IMG/VR virus record: IMGVR_UViG_3300007619_000002
Span: 296-64,295 of that record
Reading direction: 5' to 3' (one strand)
Source: a virus
Taxonomy: Duplodnaviria > Caudoviricetes
Length of the DNA: 64,000 nt
Below the pieces are notes generated by a model. It was not told the DNA's origin. It was given only the letters and a program-made list of their open reading frames with translations, and searched no databases. Both the position numbers and the translations under genes were made by a program. Each line of letters begins with the position of its first letter. Position 1 is the first letter of the stretch. Shown piece by piece: positions 46,683 to 56,337 of the stretch.

Positions 46683-46968
46683 AGAGCACGGTATCTGCCA
46701 TCGCTGCGGTCTGGAGATCGACCCTGTGCGGGAGAGGTGGGACTGCGATCATGTCATCCCCCGCGCGATCACGGGGAAGGACACTCTCAAGGAATTCAAG
46801 CCGATACATTATCCGGATTGCCATCAGGCAAAAACCAAAGAAGATCTGGTCGTTATCAAGAAATCCAGAAATGTCATGCAGAAGGCATTGGGATTGAAAA
46901 AGAAATCCAATGGTGGATTTCGAGGCTGGCGTCGCTTTAATGGCGACGTTGTCTTTAAAAAGAGGTAA
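46588..46968 (+). CDS. HNH endonuclease
   Basis: C..C, W..DH.IP, H..CH..KT; GTG after GGAGGAG. Confidence 0.8.
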   Translation: MNGRTKTEAYKWFLPDPRKSLTDNQRASIFLREHGICHRCGLEIDPVRERWDCDHVIPRAITGKDTLKEFKPIHYPDCHQAKTKEDLVVIKKSRNVMQKALGLKKKSNGGFRGWRRFNGDVVFKKR

Positions 46969-46971
46969 CAA

Positions 46972-47835
46972 ATGTCAGTAACAAAACTGAAGGTGGTCAA
47001 TCAGGACGATGATAGATTGCGTCCTATCGAACCATTACATGAAGACATCATTCAGGATGAAGCGAAATACTCTCAGCCTGAGCGCGTGTTTCGCCGCCCC
47101 GAGGAGATCATGATTGATCCGGAATTCCAGCGGTCCCTGTCGCCGCGCTCCAAACGCCTGATTCGCAAGATGGTGCGTAAATGGGATTGGACCTTGTTCG
47201 TGCCCCCGGCAATTTATCCGGATAAGAACGGTGTCGAGTGCGCCTATGACGGCCAGCACACGCTGATCGCCGCGGCAACGCGCAGTGACATCGATCTGCT
47301 GCCCATGGACCTGCACGCCGAGATCCCGGATCAGGTCGCGGCCGCAAACTCGTTCGTCGGCCGGAACACCGAGCGTCTTGGCGTGACCAGCTTCCAGAAA
47401 TACAAGGCGGCGCTGGTCGCCCAGCAATATTGGGCCGTCACCATCGACAAGGCGTCCCTGAAGATCGGCTTCAGGGTGCCATTCTATCCAGATCAGGCAG
47501 GCAAGCCGGATCAGGTGATGGCGATCGGGACCATGAAGGATCTTCTGGATCTGCGCGGCGAGGCCAAATTCGTGCAGATCATGCGCGTTTTGACCGGGAA
47601 GAACATCCGGCCGATTCGGGAGTTCCATATCCGGGCCATCGACATCCTGCTCAACGACCGGACTTACAGGGATGTTGCCGTCGGCCGGTTGGAGGGCTTG
47701 CTGCGCCTGATTGACAATGATCTGTTCGTGAAAGAGGTTGTGAGCGATGCCGCTGGATCAGGGCTGCCCAGACATCAAATGGCGGCGATTACGTACTTTA
47801 AGCGATATGAGGGCCAGTACGGCCGGACCAAGTAA
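46972..47835 (+). CDS. ParB/Srx-superfamily protein (DUF6551-like)
   Basis: ID..FQR, I......WDW, DGQHT..AA, A..F...N. Confidence 0.7.
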   Translation: MSVTKLKVVNQDDDRLRPIEPLHEDIIQDEAKYSQPERVFRRPEEIMIDPEFQRSLSPRSKRLIRKMVRKWDWTLFVPPAIYPDKNGVECAYDGQHTLIAAATRSDIDLLPMDLHAEIPDQVAAANSFVGRNTERLGVTSFQKYKAALVAQQYWAVTIDKASLKIGFRVPFYPDQAGKPDQVMAIGTMKDLLDLRGEAKFVQIMRVLTGKNIRPIREFHIRAIDILLNDRTYRDVAVGRLEGLLRLIDNDLFVKEVVSDAAGSGLPRHQMAAITYFKRYEGQYGRTK

Positions 47836-47843
47836 CCTGAGAC

Positions 47844-47859
47844 GGTTTCGCGTGAAACA
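47844..47859. promoter_or_regulatory. parS-like palindrome
   Basis: GGTTTCGCGTGAAACA, 14/16 match to TGTTTCACGTGAAACA, 9 nt after the ParB-like stop. Confidence 0.45.
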
Positions 47860-48082
47860 TTGTGGCCCCCTGTCTCCCAAACAGGCCCTTGTGCTGGCTT
47901 ATCAGGCCAATGGCTATGCGGCCAAGCAGGCGGCTGCTGAAATGGGCATGTCCAAGCGAACGCTTGAGCATCACAGCTTGATGATCAAGCAGAAACTGGG
48001 GGCGGTGACGCAGGCCCAAGCCGTCGCCATCGCCATGTTCATGGGCTATCTAGAAGCTGAGGTCGATAGCGCTGAGACCTAA
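47852..48082 (+). CDS. LuxR-type HTH protein; start uncertain
   Basis: LSP.Q..VL...A.G...KQ.A..MG.S.RT...H...I..KLG......AV. Confidence 0.8.
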   Translation: MKHCGPLSPKQALVLAYQANGYAAKQAAAEMGMSKRTLEHHSLMIKQKLGAVTQAQAVAIAMFMGYLEAEVDSAET

Positions 48083-48409
48083 AAACCCTGCGCCGCTTTC
48101 GGGAGCAGGAGCGTCTCTGGACCGGCACTGCTTCATGCCGCGCCAGAGACGCTTCCCGGCGTCGTTCTTTTCCTTTTCAGCCAGCCGAAAGCGCTTGACG
48201 GTCTGGAAGGCGGATTCGCCAGTGCGGACCTCGGTCTTGTAGGTGAAGGTCTTGTAGCTGGCAAAGGTCGCTGGGTGCGGGCAGACAGCGGCGATCTTGA
48301 CGGGCTCGACGGGCGGAGGGTCAATCCCCAGTGTTGAGCAGCCGGAGATCGCTGTCGCTCCAATGGCAATCAGCAACCCCTTGAGTCTTGCGGGCAATTT
48401 CGGCTGCAT
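48050..48409 (-). CDS. o-spanin (Rz1-like lipoprotein)
   Basis: Lipobox ISGC, Pro-rich, overlaps i-spanin. Confidence 0.65.
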   Translation of the reverse strand: MQPKLPARLKGLLIAIGATAISGCSTLGIDPPPVEPVKIAAVCPHPATFASYKTFTYKTEVRTGESAFQTVKRFRLAEKEKNDAGKRLWRGMKQCRSRDAPAPESGAGFLGLSAIDLSF

Positions 48410-48671
48410 CCAGTTCGGAGCGGAGGAGGGCGAGTTCGTGAACATGGTTGTCTCGTGCGGTTAGGGCTTCCTTAGTGATGCGATCCTTGCGGGCAACGGC
48501 CTTATCGCGCTCCTGAATGGCCAGTACATAGGGCTGGACAGTGCTGCGGCGCTCAAAGAATCCCTGAATGTCCGAGATCCATGAGGTGGCGAAGAAGACG
48601 CCGATGGCCATCAGGATCATCATCGGATTACCGAGGATGGACCCGAAGATTGAACTGATAAATCCTATCAT
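48321..48671 (-). CDS. i-spanin (Rz-like)
   Basis: N-terminal TM, coiled coil, C-terminal Cys; follows endolysin. Confidence 0.65.
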   Translation of the reverse strand: MIGFISSIFGSILGNPMMILMAIGVFFATSWISDIQGFFERRSTVQPYVLAIQERDKAVARKDRITKEALTARDNHVHELALLRSELDAAEIARKTQGVADCHWSDSDLRLLNTGD

Positions 48672-49837
48672 CCGACCTTCCTTTGTCTCTGAGCCGCAAT
48701 TCGTCGATAAACAGCGATTGCTCCAAATATGAGCGCTCCTGCACCGAGTGCGATGACGACATTACCGACTCCAAGAGAGAGGATCTTCGAGGCGAGGGCG
48801 ATGCCCTGTTCAGAGGTCTTGATGACGGCGTCGACATCCTTGAGATCGGGGAGAGGGACAGGCGGTGCGGCGACTTTTTCGGCAACAGCCACGCCGACGC
48901 TGAGGGCTCCAATACTGGCCACTCCGGCTCCGGCCTGAACGGTCTTACTTTCCTTGGCAATTTGGGGTACGGGCTTCGTATTGGCGGGCTTAGCGGGTGC
49001 GTTTGCCAATCGCTGTCCCGTGACAGGGCCGACCTTACCATCGACAGTAATGCCTTGCCGAAACTGGAATGCCCGGACGGCGTCTCGGGTTTCCGAGCCA
49101 AAATCCCCATCAGCGTCAACGTAGTATCCAAGTTCCCGGAGGCGCTTCTGGAGAGCGGTGACGAACTGACCGCGATCGCCATACTCGATGACATCATCGT
49201 CGACCGGCGCGATTCCGCCCGCATCCTTGGGATAATTGGAAGATTCATAAGCTTGCTCCAGCTTCACATCATAGGCGTTCTGCGCATATTTCGGTCCATT
49301 GTAGGTTCGGGCGATCTGCTTCCACTTGCGCAGGCGGCAGGCTTCCCTGAGCCCGGAAGCCACGAGAAAGCGGCCCATGGCAATGAACTGGGCGTCCTCG
49401 CTCTCGGCGAAGGCGCGTACCATTTGCGAGGGTGTATCGAATTTGCAGATGGCATGGTTGAATCCCATGATCTGCGGAGCGCCGAAGGAGGCAATCCAGC
49501 AGGCGGCCTCTTCCCCGAATTCGGATGAGAACGAATCGAGCCACTGCCACGCCTTATTTCCGGCTCTGGTCGCATCGATGTGGTAGCCGGGCAGCTTGGG
49601 CTGCTTCATGAAGCCTTTGACGCGCGCCCGTTTGATCTCAGCCGCGTCCATGTACGGGCACTCATCGATCTTGTGGGCTTCCGGCCGGATGATCAGGCGT
49701 CCTGCCGGATCAAATCCCTCGCCGAGAGATTCAATCTTGATGATGGCGTCAATGACGGCTGGTTCGCAGCCAACGAGGTTAGCCACTTCAGAGACGATAG
49801 CCTCGGAGCGCGGCTTTGCCTTTCCGATGATTGCCAT
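48668..49837 (-). CDS. Endolysin: N-acetylmuramidase (DUF3380-type) plus PG-binding domain plus C-terminal hydrophobic segments
   Basis: A...ES.G.GF, S.G..QIMGFN, A..YNG..Y..N.YD.KL; LQ..L...GY....DGDFG..T..AV..FQ. Confidence 0.9.
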   Translation of the reverse strand: MAIIGKAKPRSEAIVSEVANLVGCEPAVIDAIIKIESLGEGFDPAGRLIIRPEAHKIDECPYMDAAEIKRARVKGFMKQPKLPGYHIDATRAGNKAWQWLDSFSSEFGEEAACWIASFGAPQIMGFNHAICKFDTPSQMVRAFAESEDAQFIAMGRFLVASGLREACRLRKWKQIARTYNGPKYAQNAYDVKLEQAYESSNYPKDAGGIAPVDDDVIEYGDRGQFVTALQKRLRELGYYVDADGDFGSETRDAVRAFQFRQGITVDGKVGPVTGQRLANAPAKPANTKPVPQIAKESKTVQAGAGVASIGALSVGVAVAEKVAAPPVPLPDLKDVDAVIKTSEQGIALASKILSLGVGNVVIALGAGALIFGAIAVYRRIAAQRQRKVG

Positions 49838-50043
49838 TTTGTGTTTTCCCAAAGTGTTGTTCCCGCAAATGTACTTTGCAGGACAACGGTTGGTCTATAT
49901 GGCTGGAGTCGTTTTGATCTCAGGAGTGTCTTGATGGATACGGTCTCTGGAAGCAGAAGCTTGAGCTTATCGACAGGCTGGAGCAGGGTGACGCCTAGCG
50001 CCATTCTGGTCACGGGTATTGCGGGATGCACTTGCAGCGCACT

Positions 50044-50769
50044 TCAGGCTGGCTGAATGGCTATAGTTGCTGTGTGATTGCCTATATTGAAAGTCCCCGG
50101 ATCTTCACTGGCAGCTTCGCTCTCAAGGTATGCGTGCGCTTGCCCCGCATCGCCATCGGTGTCACCACTGGAAACGAACCCAGAATATCCAGACGGCCCT
50201 GAGGAAGGCGTTCCGGACTGTCTATGGCACGCCGCAATCCATAGTGTCTTGGCACTGCCCCATGAAGGCGACAAGCTAGGTGGATTGTTTGATGATGCCA
50301 GCATGGATTCAGGCGTCCCTTGCCAGGTTCCCGCCTCAATGGCAATGCTTGTCACTCCCCAGAATTCTGGGGCCGATGTGGTAATGGTAATAGAGCCGCC
50401 TTCGGACCCTGTGGCGGTCTTGTAAACGCATACTCCCTGCCCGGTTGAAGACCCACCGTCGATGTCATATAACTCCGTTGTTCCGTTGAAATCCGTGATC
50501 GTGCCGCCACCGTCATACCACGTCATGAACAGCAGTATAAGATCTCCAGCAGCAGTTCCAGCAGGAAGCGGGATGGCTTCGCTCGATGCGGAAGCGCCAG
50601 TATTTGCGGTGAAATTCTGGCCCCTGACGACGGGGAATGTTGCGGGCGCAGCCGCCACATAAGGAGCCGGAAACCAGCCGGGCAGAAAGCTGGCCTTCTG
50701 AACAGGCGCAGGCCGGATGATTGCGGGCTTTGGAGGTAGCCAGATTTTCGGCGGAAGGTCGCTGATCAT
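50044..50769 (-). CDS. Tail fibre accessory / receptor-binding protein
   Basis: Ser/Thr/Gly-rich beta protein, P.G..AGDL; in tail-fibre cluster. Confidence 0.6.
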   Translation of the reverse strand: MISDLPPKIWLPPKPAIIRPAPVQKASFLPGWFPAPYVAAAPATFPVVRGQNFTANTGASASSEAIPLPAGTAAGDLILLFMTWYDGGGTITDFNGTTELYDIDGGSSTGQGVCVYKTATGSEGGSITITTSAPEFWGVTSIAIEAGTWQGTPESMLASSNNPPSLSPSWGSAKTLWIAACHRQSGTPSSGPSGYSGFVSSGDTDGDAGQAHAYLESEAASEDPGTFNIGNHTATIAIQPA

Positions 50770-51164
50770 GATGGCTTCTCAGCCGTCTGAGAGCCATCTG
50801 GCGGGGCTGCCCTGAGCAGGGCTCTGATTTCATCGAGACTGACCCCCATCGATTCCGCCCATGCATGAAGCGCAGCCTCGGCATGAGAAGAAGTCGTCTT
50901 TTTGGGTGGGGTGTCAGCCAGACGAACCGTTGCGACGACCTTGCCGTCTCTTTCGGAAAAGATCGGGGCGCTGACTGCGACCATTCCATCCGGGACAACC
51001 GGGGGCGGCACAACATAGACACCGTATTCGGCGCGGTCCGCATCTGCCCAGCTTGGATGGAGAATAACGCGCAAAGGGGCCTTCTTGGTGCCGTCAAGGC
51101 TTTGAATGACGGGATTGCCAGCGGTCCGGGCAAACCCGGTTGGCGTTTTGATGACCGTAATCAT
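50766..51164 (-). CDS. Tail fibre assembly-like protein
   Basis: W...D...YGVY motif; position. Confidence 0.45.
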   Translation of the reverse strand: MITVIKTPTGFARTAGNPVIQSLDGTKKAPLRVILHPSWADADRAEYGVYVVPPPVVPDGMVAVSAPIFSERDGKVVATVRLADTPPKKTTSSHAEAALHAWAESMGVSLDEIRALLRAAPPDGSQTAEKPS

Positions 51165-51175
51165 GGTGCTATCCT

Positions 51176-51991
51176 CTAAACGCTGTATGGAGGCAGATCG
51201 GCGAAATCCAGTTCGACGCCTGTCGCCCCATTGTAGGATGAAAAATCAACATCGTTCTCGACATCGATGAACCCATTGGTGCCGTCGAGGAAAATTCCGT
51301 AAGTTCCGCGGCTTCCTGCATAGGTCTTGTGTGTCCACGTCCCACCATCATCAAAAGCAACATCTGTCACAGCAGGGGCGGCATCTTGAATAATTTGGAT
51401 GAAAGCAAGTTTTGCATCATAATTTTCATATGAAATTTGAAGGTTTGCATTTTCATGGAATGCATAACAATCTTCACTCGACCCCGGAAGACCATCCCCA
51501 GCATACCCCGCATCAAAATCAGACAATAATGATCCATCACGATATACCTGAATTCTGTCTGCGGCCGTTCCTTCTGTGCTGTCATAGCGAAAAAAGTAAT
51601 GATGCCAATTTCCATCAGAGAGAGCCGATCCCGATGCACAGGCCCGACCCCATTCAAGGGTGGATGATGGCGTGTCATTGCCCAACCAGTCTATATATCC
51701 GTCGTTATAGACTTGAAGAACCACATATTCTTGAATAGAGCCGCCAAATGTATAGTGGAGAAATTCACTGGGTGCTCCCTTTGACCAAATACTGAAGACC
51801 ATTTGGGTTGTCGGATCGCCCGCTGAAATTCCGCGCGCCGCTGCTGTGGCCGTCAAGCTCCCCGATGAGCTACTGAAATCATAAGAGGCTGGTTGGTAGC
51901 GCGCCGATCCGGCAAGAAGCCCTCCCGGAGACATGCCGGGAAGGAACCGTTTCGGCAGTATTAGCTTTCTTTGAGGAAAAATATCGATCAC
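51176..51991 (-). CDS. LamG/concanavalin-like receptor-binding protein
   Basis: FS.W.K, DG.WHH....DS......R...Y.DG, YGT.G..L; low GC. Confidence 0.7.
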   Translation of the reverse strand: MIDIFPQRKLILPKRFLPGMSPGGLLAGSARYQPASYDFSSSSGSLTATAAARGISAGDPTTQMVFSIWSKGAPSEFLHYTFGGSIQEYVVLQVYNDGYIDWLGNDTPSSTLEWGRACASGSALSDGNWHHYFFRYDSTEGTAADRIQVYRDGSLLSDFDAGYAGDGLPGSSEDCYAFHENANLQISYENYDAKLAFIQIIQDAAPAVTDVAFDDGGTWTHKTYAGSRGTYGIFLDGTNGFIDVENDVDFSSYNGATGVELDFADLPPYSV

Positions 51992-53619
51992 GTCGGATCG
52001 CCCCCGGCATCGGCATAGGCCCGAAACCGTCCGGCTCCAAGGCAGTAGATCGTGATGAGGTAGCTGTTCGTGCTGTCGATGTCCGCCAGTGTCGGGACAA
52101 CCTCATATTCCGATCCGAACGATAGCGTCCGGTCCGTGGCGTTGTTGCCAACGATCTCTACGGTGCGCCACTGCCCCGGCTCTTCATTGGTCGGGTTCCC
52201 GAGCGTGCGATTGTCCGTTACGGTGAGCGTGAAGTTGATACCCGCAGACCAATCAATCGCCACGGTTGCCGCATCGGAAAGCGCCACGGTTTCCGCAGCG
52301 CTGTCGAGAATGTCGGTCGTCAGCGCCTTGCCGGTCGTTGCGGCCCGAACTTCAGCGGCCGTTGCCAGCTCAACGACACCGGTTGCGCTATCTGTGGCAT
52401 CCTGTTTCAGCGCCCCAAATGCAGCCGCTGCCGTGCTCTGTCCAGTGCCGCCATCGGCAATGGCAACATCGGTGCCTCCGGAGACATAAGCCGTGCCGGA
52501 GATCGAGGAATCGGCCCCGATGGTCAGTGTCCGATTGGAGTCGCCTGTCGTGAGTGTCAGCGTTCGGTCTGCGCTCAAATCCGAGCCCGGCGCGATGATG
52601 AGATCGTGAGAGGCATTGGTGTCGAGCAGGTGCAAGCCGGTATTGGGCAGGGTGAGCGTCGCCATGCCGGAGACATTGTGGCTATCATCGGAGGTAATGC
52701 CGGTGACCTGAACGCCCTTGGTGGTGCCATCGGAGCGAATGAGACGATTGTCGGTGCCGAAGTTGGCAGCGGCCGTAACGTCGCCGGACCCGGACCCGGC
52801 CGGACCGACAAGTGAAGTCCCGGACCCCCATGCGCCGCCCGTCTTGGGACCGTAAATGTCATAGGCAACTGTATCGATGTAGAAATCGCCATTCTCGCCA
52901 TCCGCTCCGTCGTCCGGCGCTCCGGAGCCGGAGAGAATGGTCTGACCGTCATCGCCCGGATCACCCTGTGCGCCTTCCAGATTGACGCCCGTGTCGCCCC
53001 AGCTACCGCCTGAAAGCTGATAGAGATCAAGGTCGGCACTGTCGGCGTCGACCCACAGACTGCCATCCTGAACTGTGGTCGCAGGGGCCGCATTCTGCAC
53101 ATAGAACGTCGGGATCGATGTGTTGATCAGCGCATCGCCAGCCGAGTTCCAGCCAATGACATCGCCCGCAGATGGTTCTGGAAAGGTGAAAGCATTGGGG
53201 TCCTGATCGGTATTGACCGCCAGAAGCACGGCGCGATCGAGGCGCTCGTCCAGCTCCTGCGTGATCCGGGTCAGCTTGTCGAGACCATCCTCGATCAGTT
53301 CGAACGAGAAGCTGCCGCTGAGAACGAGGTCGACGCTCTGGGTCAGGGCCGTTGCCCGCATGACGACGAGCTGCTCACCGACAGCCAGCGCCGTGACCAG
53401 CGTCAAGGTCCCCGCGCTGCCGGTTCCTGCGCCGGTCAACGTATATTCGGTGGTGATGGTCAAGACGGAAAGAACGCCGTCCGTATCGATATGCGTGACA
53501 ATCAGATCCGAATCGTTCTCGAACAGGATCGGATTGGAATCGGCGTCTTCAAGCGTAAAGGGGCCGGTCGAGCCGCTACCATTGTAGACGGCCCGCACGC
53601 CAAGCGCAGAATGTGACAT
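51988..53619 (-). CDS. Tail fibre protein (T7 gp17-like N-terminal anchor)
   Basis: Y.G.G...F, R.T...Q, E..LDKLT...Q; G..GDFYID, G...LAT.AE. Confidence 0.85.
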   Translation of the reverse strand: MSHSALGVRAVYNGSGSTGPFTLEDADSNPILFENDSDLIVTHIDTDGVLSVLTITTEYTLTGAGTGSAGTLTLVTALAVGEQLVVMRATALTQSVDLVLSGSFSFELIEDGLDKLTRITQELDERLDRAVLLAVNTDQDPNAFTFPEPSAGDVIGWNSAGDALINTSIPTFYVQNAAPATTVQDGSLWVDADSADLDLYQLSGGSWGDTGVNLEGAQGDPGDDGQTILSGSGAPDDGADGENGDFYIDTVAYDIYGPKTGGAWGSGTSLVGPAGSGSGDVTAAANFGTDNRLIRSDGTTKGVQVTGITSDDSHNVSGMATLTLPNTGLHLLDTNASHDLIIAPGSDLSADRTLTLTTGDSNRTLTIGADSSISGTAYVSGGTDVAIADGGTGQSTAAAAFGALKQDATDSATGVVELATAAEVRAATTGKALTTDILDSAAETVALSDAATVAIDWSAGINFTLTVTDNRTLGNPTNEEPGQWRTVEIVGNNATDRTLSFGSEYEVVPTLADIDSTNSYLITIYCLGAGRFRAYADAGGDPT

Positions 53620-53622
53620 GAG

Positions 53623-56322
53623 CTATTCCAGTGGGTTGAGCAGGCGGCCAATATCTTCGGTCGTAAGATCTTCAGCCTTGTAATTCTGGGACGGAGGCAG
53701 CGCGAACTCCTGATGCATATTGTCCCGGATGGATTTTTCGGTGCGCTTGAGCGAGCCCGGCGCGGCCAATTCCTGAAGCCTGTAGAGATACAGGTAATCC
53801 AGTGCGAGCCGCGTGTAGAACAGATTGACGAACGGGGTGTTGGACTTGACGGTAAAATAGGATCTGGCAGCCAGATCCTCGGCATCAAGGTTGCCGCTCA
53901 GCGCCTTCTTCATGGTCGAATAGTTGCTGGAGAGCACACCAACGGAGGGACCGAGCAGCGCCTCGAAAGCCGACTGACCGAAGCGGTCCTTGCCGTGGCC
54001 GAGCAGGAAATCCCCGTAAAGACCGGCCCCGCCACCTTGCACGAAGGACGCGCCCAAGAGCGCTGCGTAATCGTTCAGGTCCTCGGGCTCCTTGAACCGC
54101 CTGCCCGCCAGATAGGCTTTCAGATACATCGCCACGAAGCCGAGGAAGGTCGAGTAGGCCATGAAGCGCACCAGCCCCATCGTTCCCGACGAGGTCATGT
54201 CGGTCATCCGGCCGCTTTCGCCATGACCATAGATCTCACGGCCCCAGACCTTTTCCAAAAGCGCGGCGGGAAAGCCCTTGAACTGGGACAGGGAGCGCAT
54301 GATTTCCGCGCCCGTCGTACCGGGCTGCATCCCGACAGCCCGTCCGGTCATATAGCGGCGTGAGCGCGGTCCGGGGGCGATCACGGCGTAGTCGGCGCGC
54401 GCTGAGAAATAATCGCGGAATTTGGTCTGGATCAGATCCCGGCGCTCGCCGATGGCTCGGTCCGTCGGCTTCCGGCCTTCGCTGTGCAGCATGTGAGCCA
54501 GCTCGACATCGGTGATCCGGCGCGCGCCATTGGGGGAGAAGAACTCCTTGCCGTCAACCGTCTGAATGGCCCGAGAGCGCATCAGGTCCCATTCGGCCGC
54601 GGTAATGTCGAACAACTTGAGCATGCGCTGAAGTTCGCTGCTCAGCTCAGGCAGAGCCCGCGTTGCGTTGAGGGCCAGTCTGTGCGACATGGTCTGGGCC
54701 ATGGAAAGTCGTGATGTATCCGTCCACCACATCAAAAAATTCAGTTTGAAGAAAGTATGTTGAGCTTTGGCCATCCAGCCCGGCAGAGCATCATCGGCCG
54801 AGAAGCGTGACCATGTCGAGGATCTCAGCGTATCGACAGCGACCCCAAGCTCCGAAGCCATCTGAAAGCGGTCGGCCCGCTGTTTGCCGCGCTTGCCATA
54901 TCCTTGAAATACCGCATCGAATTGGGCTCGCCAGTTATCCATGCCGCGAACACCCTGATAGCGCAGCTCTGAAGAAGCAACGGCGACATCAACGATTGAG
55001 GAAACTGTCGCGCCACCCAATTTGGAAAAATTTTGAATGAGACGTAGACCGCGTAGAGCGGTTGAGACCGGGCTGACACCGGGCATATGGGCAGCCCCGG
55101 TGATCTCATCGAAATAGCCGTCCAGCTCCATTTCCTTTTGCGCCCAACGCGTGCTGTCCCGTGCGACCGGGCTTTCCTCGACGAGCAGCCGAACAGCGTC
55201 CTTCAGGCGATTATAGGTCAGCTCGGGATTGGGGCCGAACCGGCGCATGAGCGCGACATTGTGGCCAGCATGATAGAGCTGAAGAGCAACGCGCTCGAAG
55301 AGCGAGCCCCCGCGCCCAAACATACTGTCGTAGGCAAAACGGGCCTCCGCATCACGGAAATGGAGAACGCGCTGTTCAGACATGGTGATGCGCTTGGCGA
55401 GCGACGACGGGGCCTTGAAGCCGTTGTTGGAGACATCCGAAGAGCGTAAATGTTCATTCGCAGCGATCGCCAGCCAGACCTTGCGAAGCCATGCATCACG
55501 CGCCTCTTCCGGGATGCCGCCAAATGTGCGCTCAGCATCGAGCTTCGGCAGAATGAAATCGCGCCATGCAGCAAAATTCGTGTCCGTGTCGTAATTGGTG
55601 AAATCACGTAGCGATCGAGTTCCACGCACCTTTCGTGCAGCCAGCCGTACAGAGTAAGCATCGTGCGATTGATGCGTGAGATAATCAGAGAGCTTTGAAA
55701 TCCAAGCGCCTGCATTGTTGGCATTGACGCGCATGACTTCTTGCCATTTAAAAATAATGTCTGCAAACTCGCGAGCATCCCGATCGATATTTCTGTAATC
55801 GGGATTATCCTTGTACATTTCTTCCAGAGCGCGATAAATATCAGCATCGAGGTCTCCCTTGGAATACATGTTCATTTTCAGTTTGCCGAGCTTCTCAACA
55901 TCGGCGGCAAATCCGACCAGCCATTCATTGCCGAGCGCCTTCTGGTCGGCGTCGATCGAGCGCTGCGCGCCGCGCCGGGCAACGTTGGAGCCGACCATGG
56001 TCGCCCCCAGTCCATTTTGCGGCTGATCGGCCCAATTGGTCTGGATGCGGCCCAGCTCGTCATAGAAGACCTTCTGGAGCAGGTAGCTGTTGCGGCGCTG
56101 GAGACGCGCAGTCTTCAGCTCATCCTCCATGCCGTCCTTCAGCGCCTTGTTGATCGCCTCATCAGCGGTCATGCCATAGCGCTCGGCGCGGATGCGCCGG
56201 GCCTTGGCCATGAGCTTGTCCGCCAGCTCTTTCAGCTCGGCATCGGTGAGGTCTTCGCCAAGGATCTGGCGCACCTTGACCATGCACCGCCAGAACTGCG
56301 GAGAGATATTTTTCTTTGCCAT
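53623..56322 (-). CDS. Large internal virion protein
   Basis: 899 aa; Y..QSHD, R.LHF.D, FG.NP, QFK.FP, GG.GL.GD, P..NLFY motifs. Confidence 0.8.
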   Translation of the reverse strand: MAKKNISPQFWRCMVKVRQILGEDLTDAELKELADKLMAKARRIRAERYGMTADEAINKALKDGMEDELKTARLQRRNSYLLQKVFYDELGRIQTNWADQPQNGLGATMVGSNVARRGAQRSIDADQKALGNEWLVGFAADVEKLGKLKMNMYSKGDLDADIYRALEEMYKDNPDYRNIDRDAREFADIIFKWQEVMRVNANNAGAWISKLSDYLTHQSHDAYSVRLAARKVRGTRSLRDFTNYDTDTNFAAWRDFILPKLDAERTFGGIPEEARDAWLRKVWLAIAANEHLRSSDVSNNGFKAPSSLAKRITMSEQRVLHFRDAEARFAYDSMFGRGGSLFERVALQLYHAGHNVALMRRFGPNPELTYNRLKDAVRLLVEESPVARDSTRWAQKEMELDGYFDEITGAAHMPGVSPVSTALRGLRLIQNFSKLGGATVSSIVDVAVASSELRYQGVRGMDNWRAQFDAVFQGYGKRGKQRADRFQMASELGVAVDTLRSSTWSRFSADDALPGWMAKAQHTFFKLNFLMWWTDTSRLSMAQTMSHRLALNATRALPELSSELQRMLKLFDITAAEWDLMRSRAIQTVDGKEFFSPNGARRITDVELAHMLHSEGRKPTDRAIGERRDLIQTKFRDYFSARADYAVIAPGPRSRRYMTGRAVGMQPGTTGAEIMRSLSQFKGFPAALLEKVWGREIYGHGESGRMTDMTSSGTMGLVRFMAYSTFLGFVAMYLKAYLAGRRFKEPEDLNDYAALLGASFVQGGGAGLYGDFLLGHGKDRFGQSAFEALLGPSVGVLSSNYSTMKKALSGNLDAEDLAARSYFTVKSNTPFVNLFYTRLALDYLYLYRLQELAAPGSLKRTEKSIRDNMHQEFALPPSQNYKAEDLTTEDIGRLLNPLE

Positions 56323-56337
56323 AAAGGAAAAACTTTT

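Noticed and set aside
50044-53619. Diversity-generating retroelement as in BPP-1
   Set aside because: No reverse transcriptase and no TR/VR repeat pair visible
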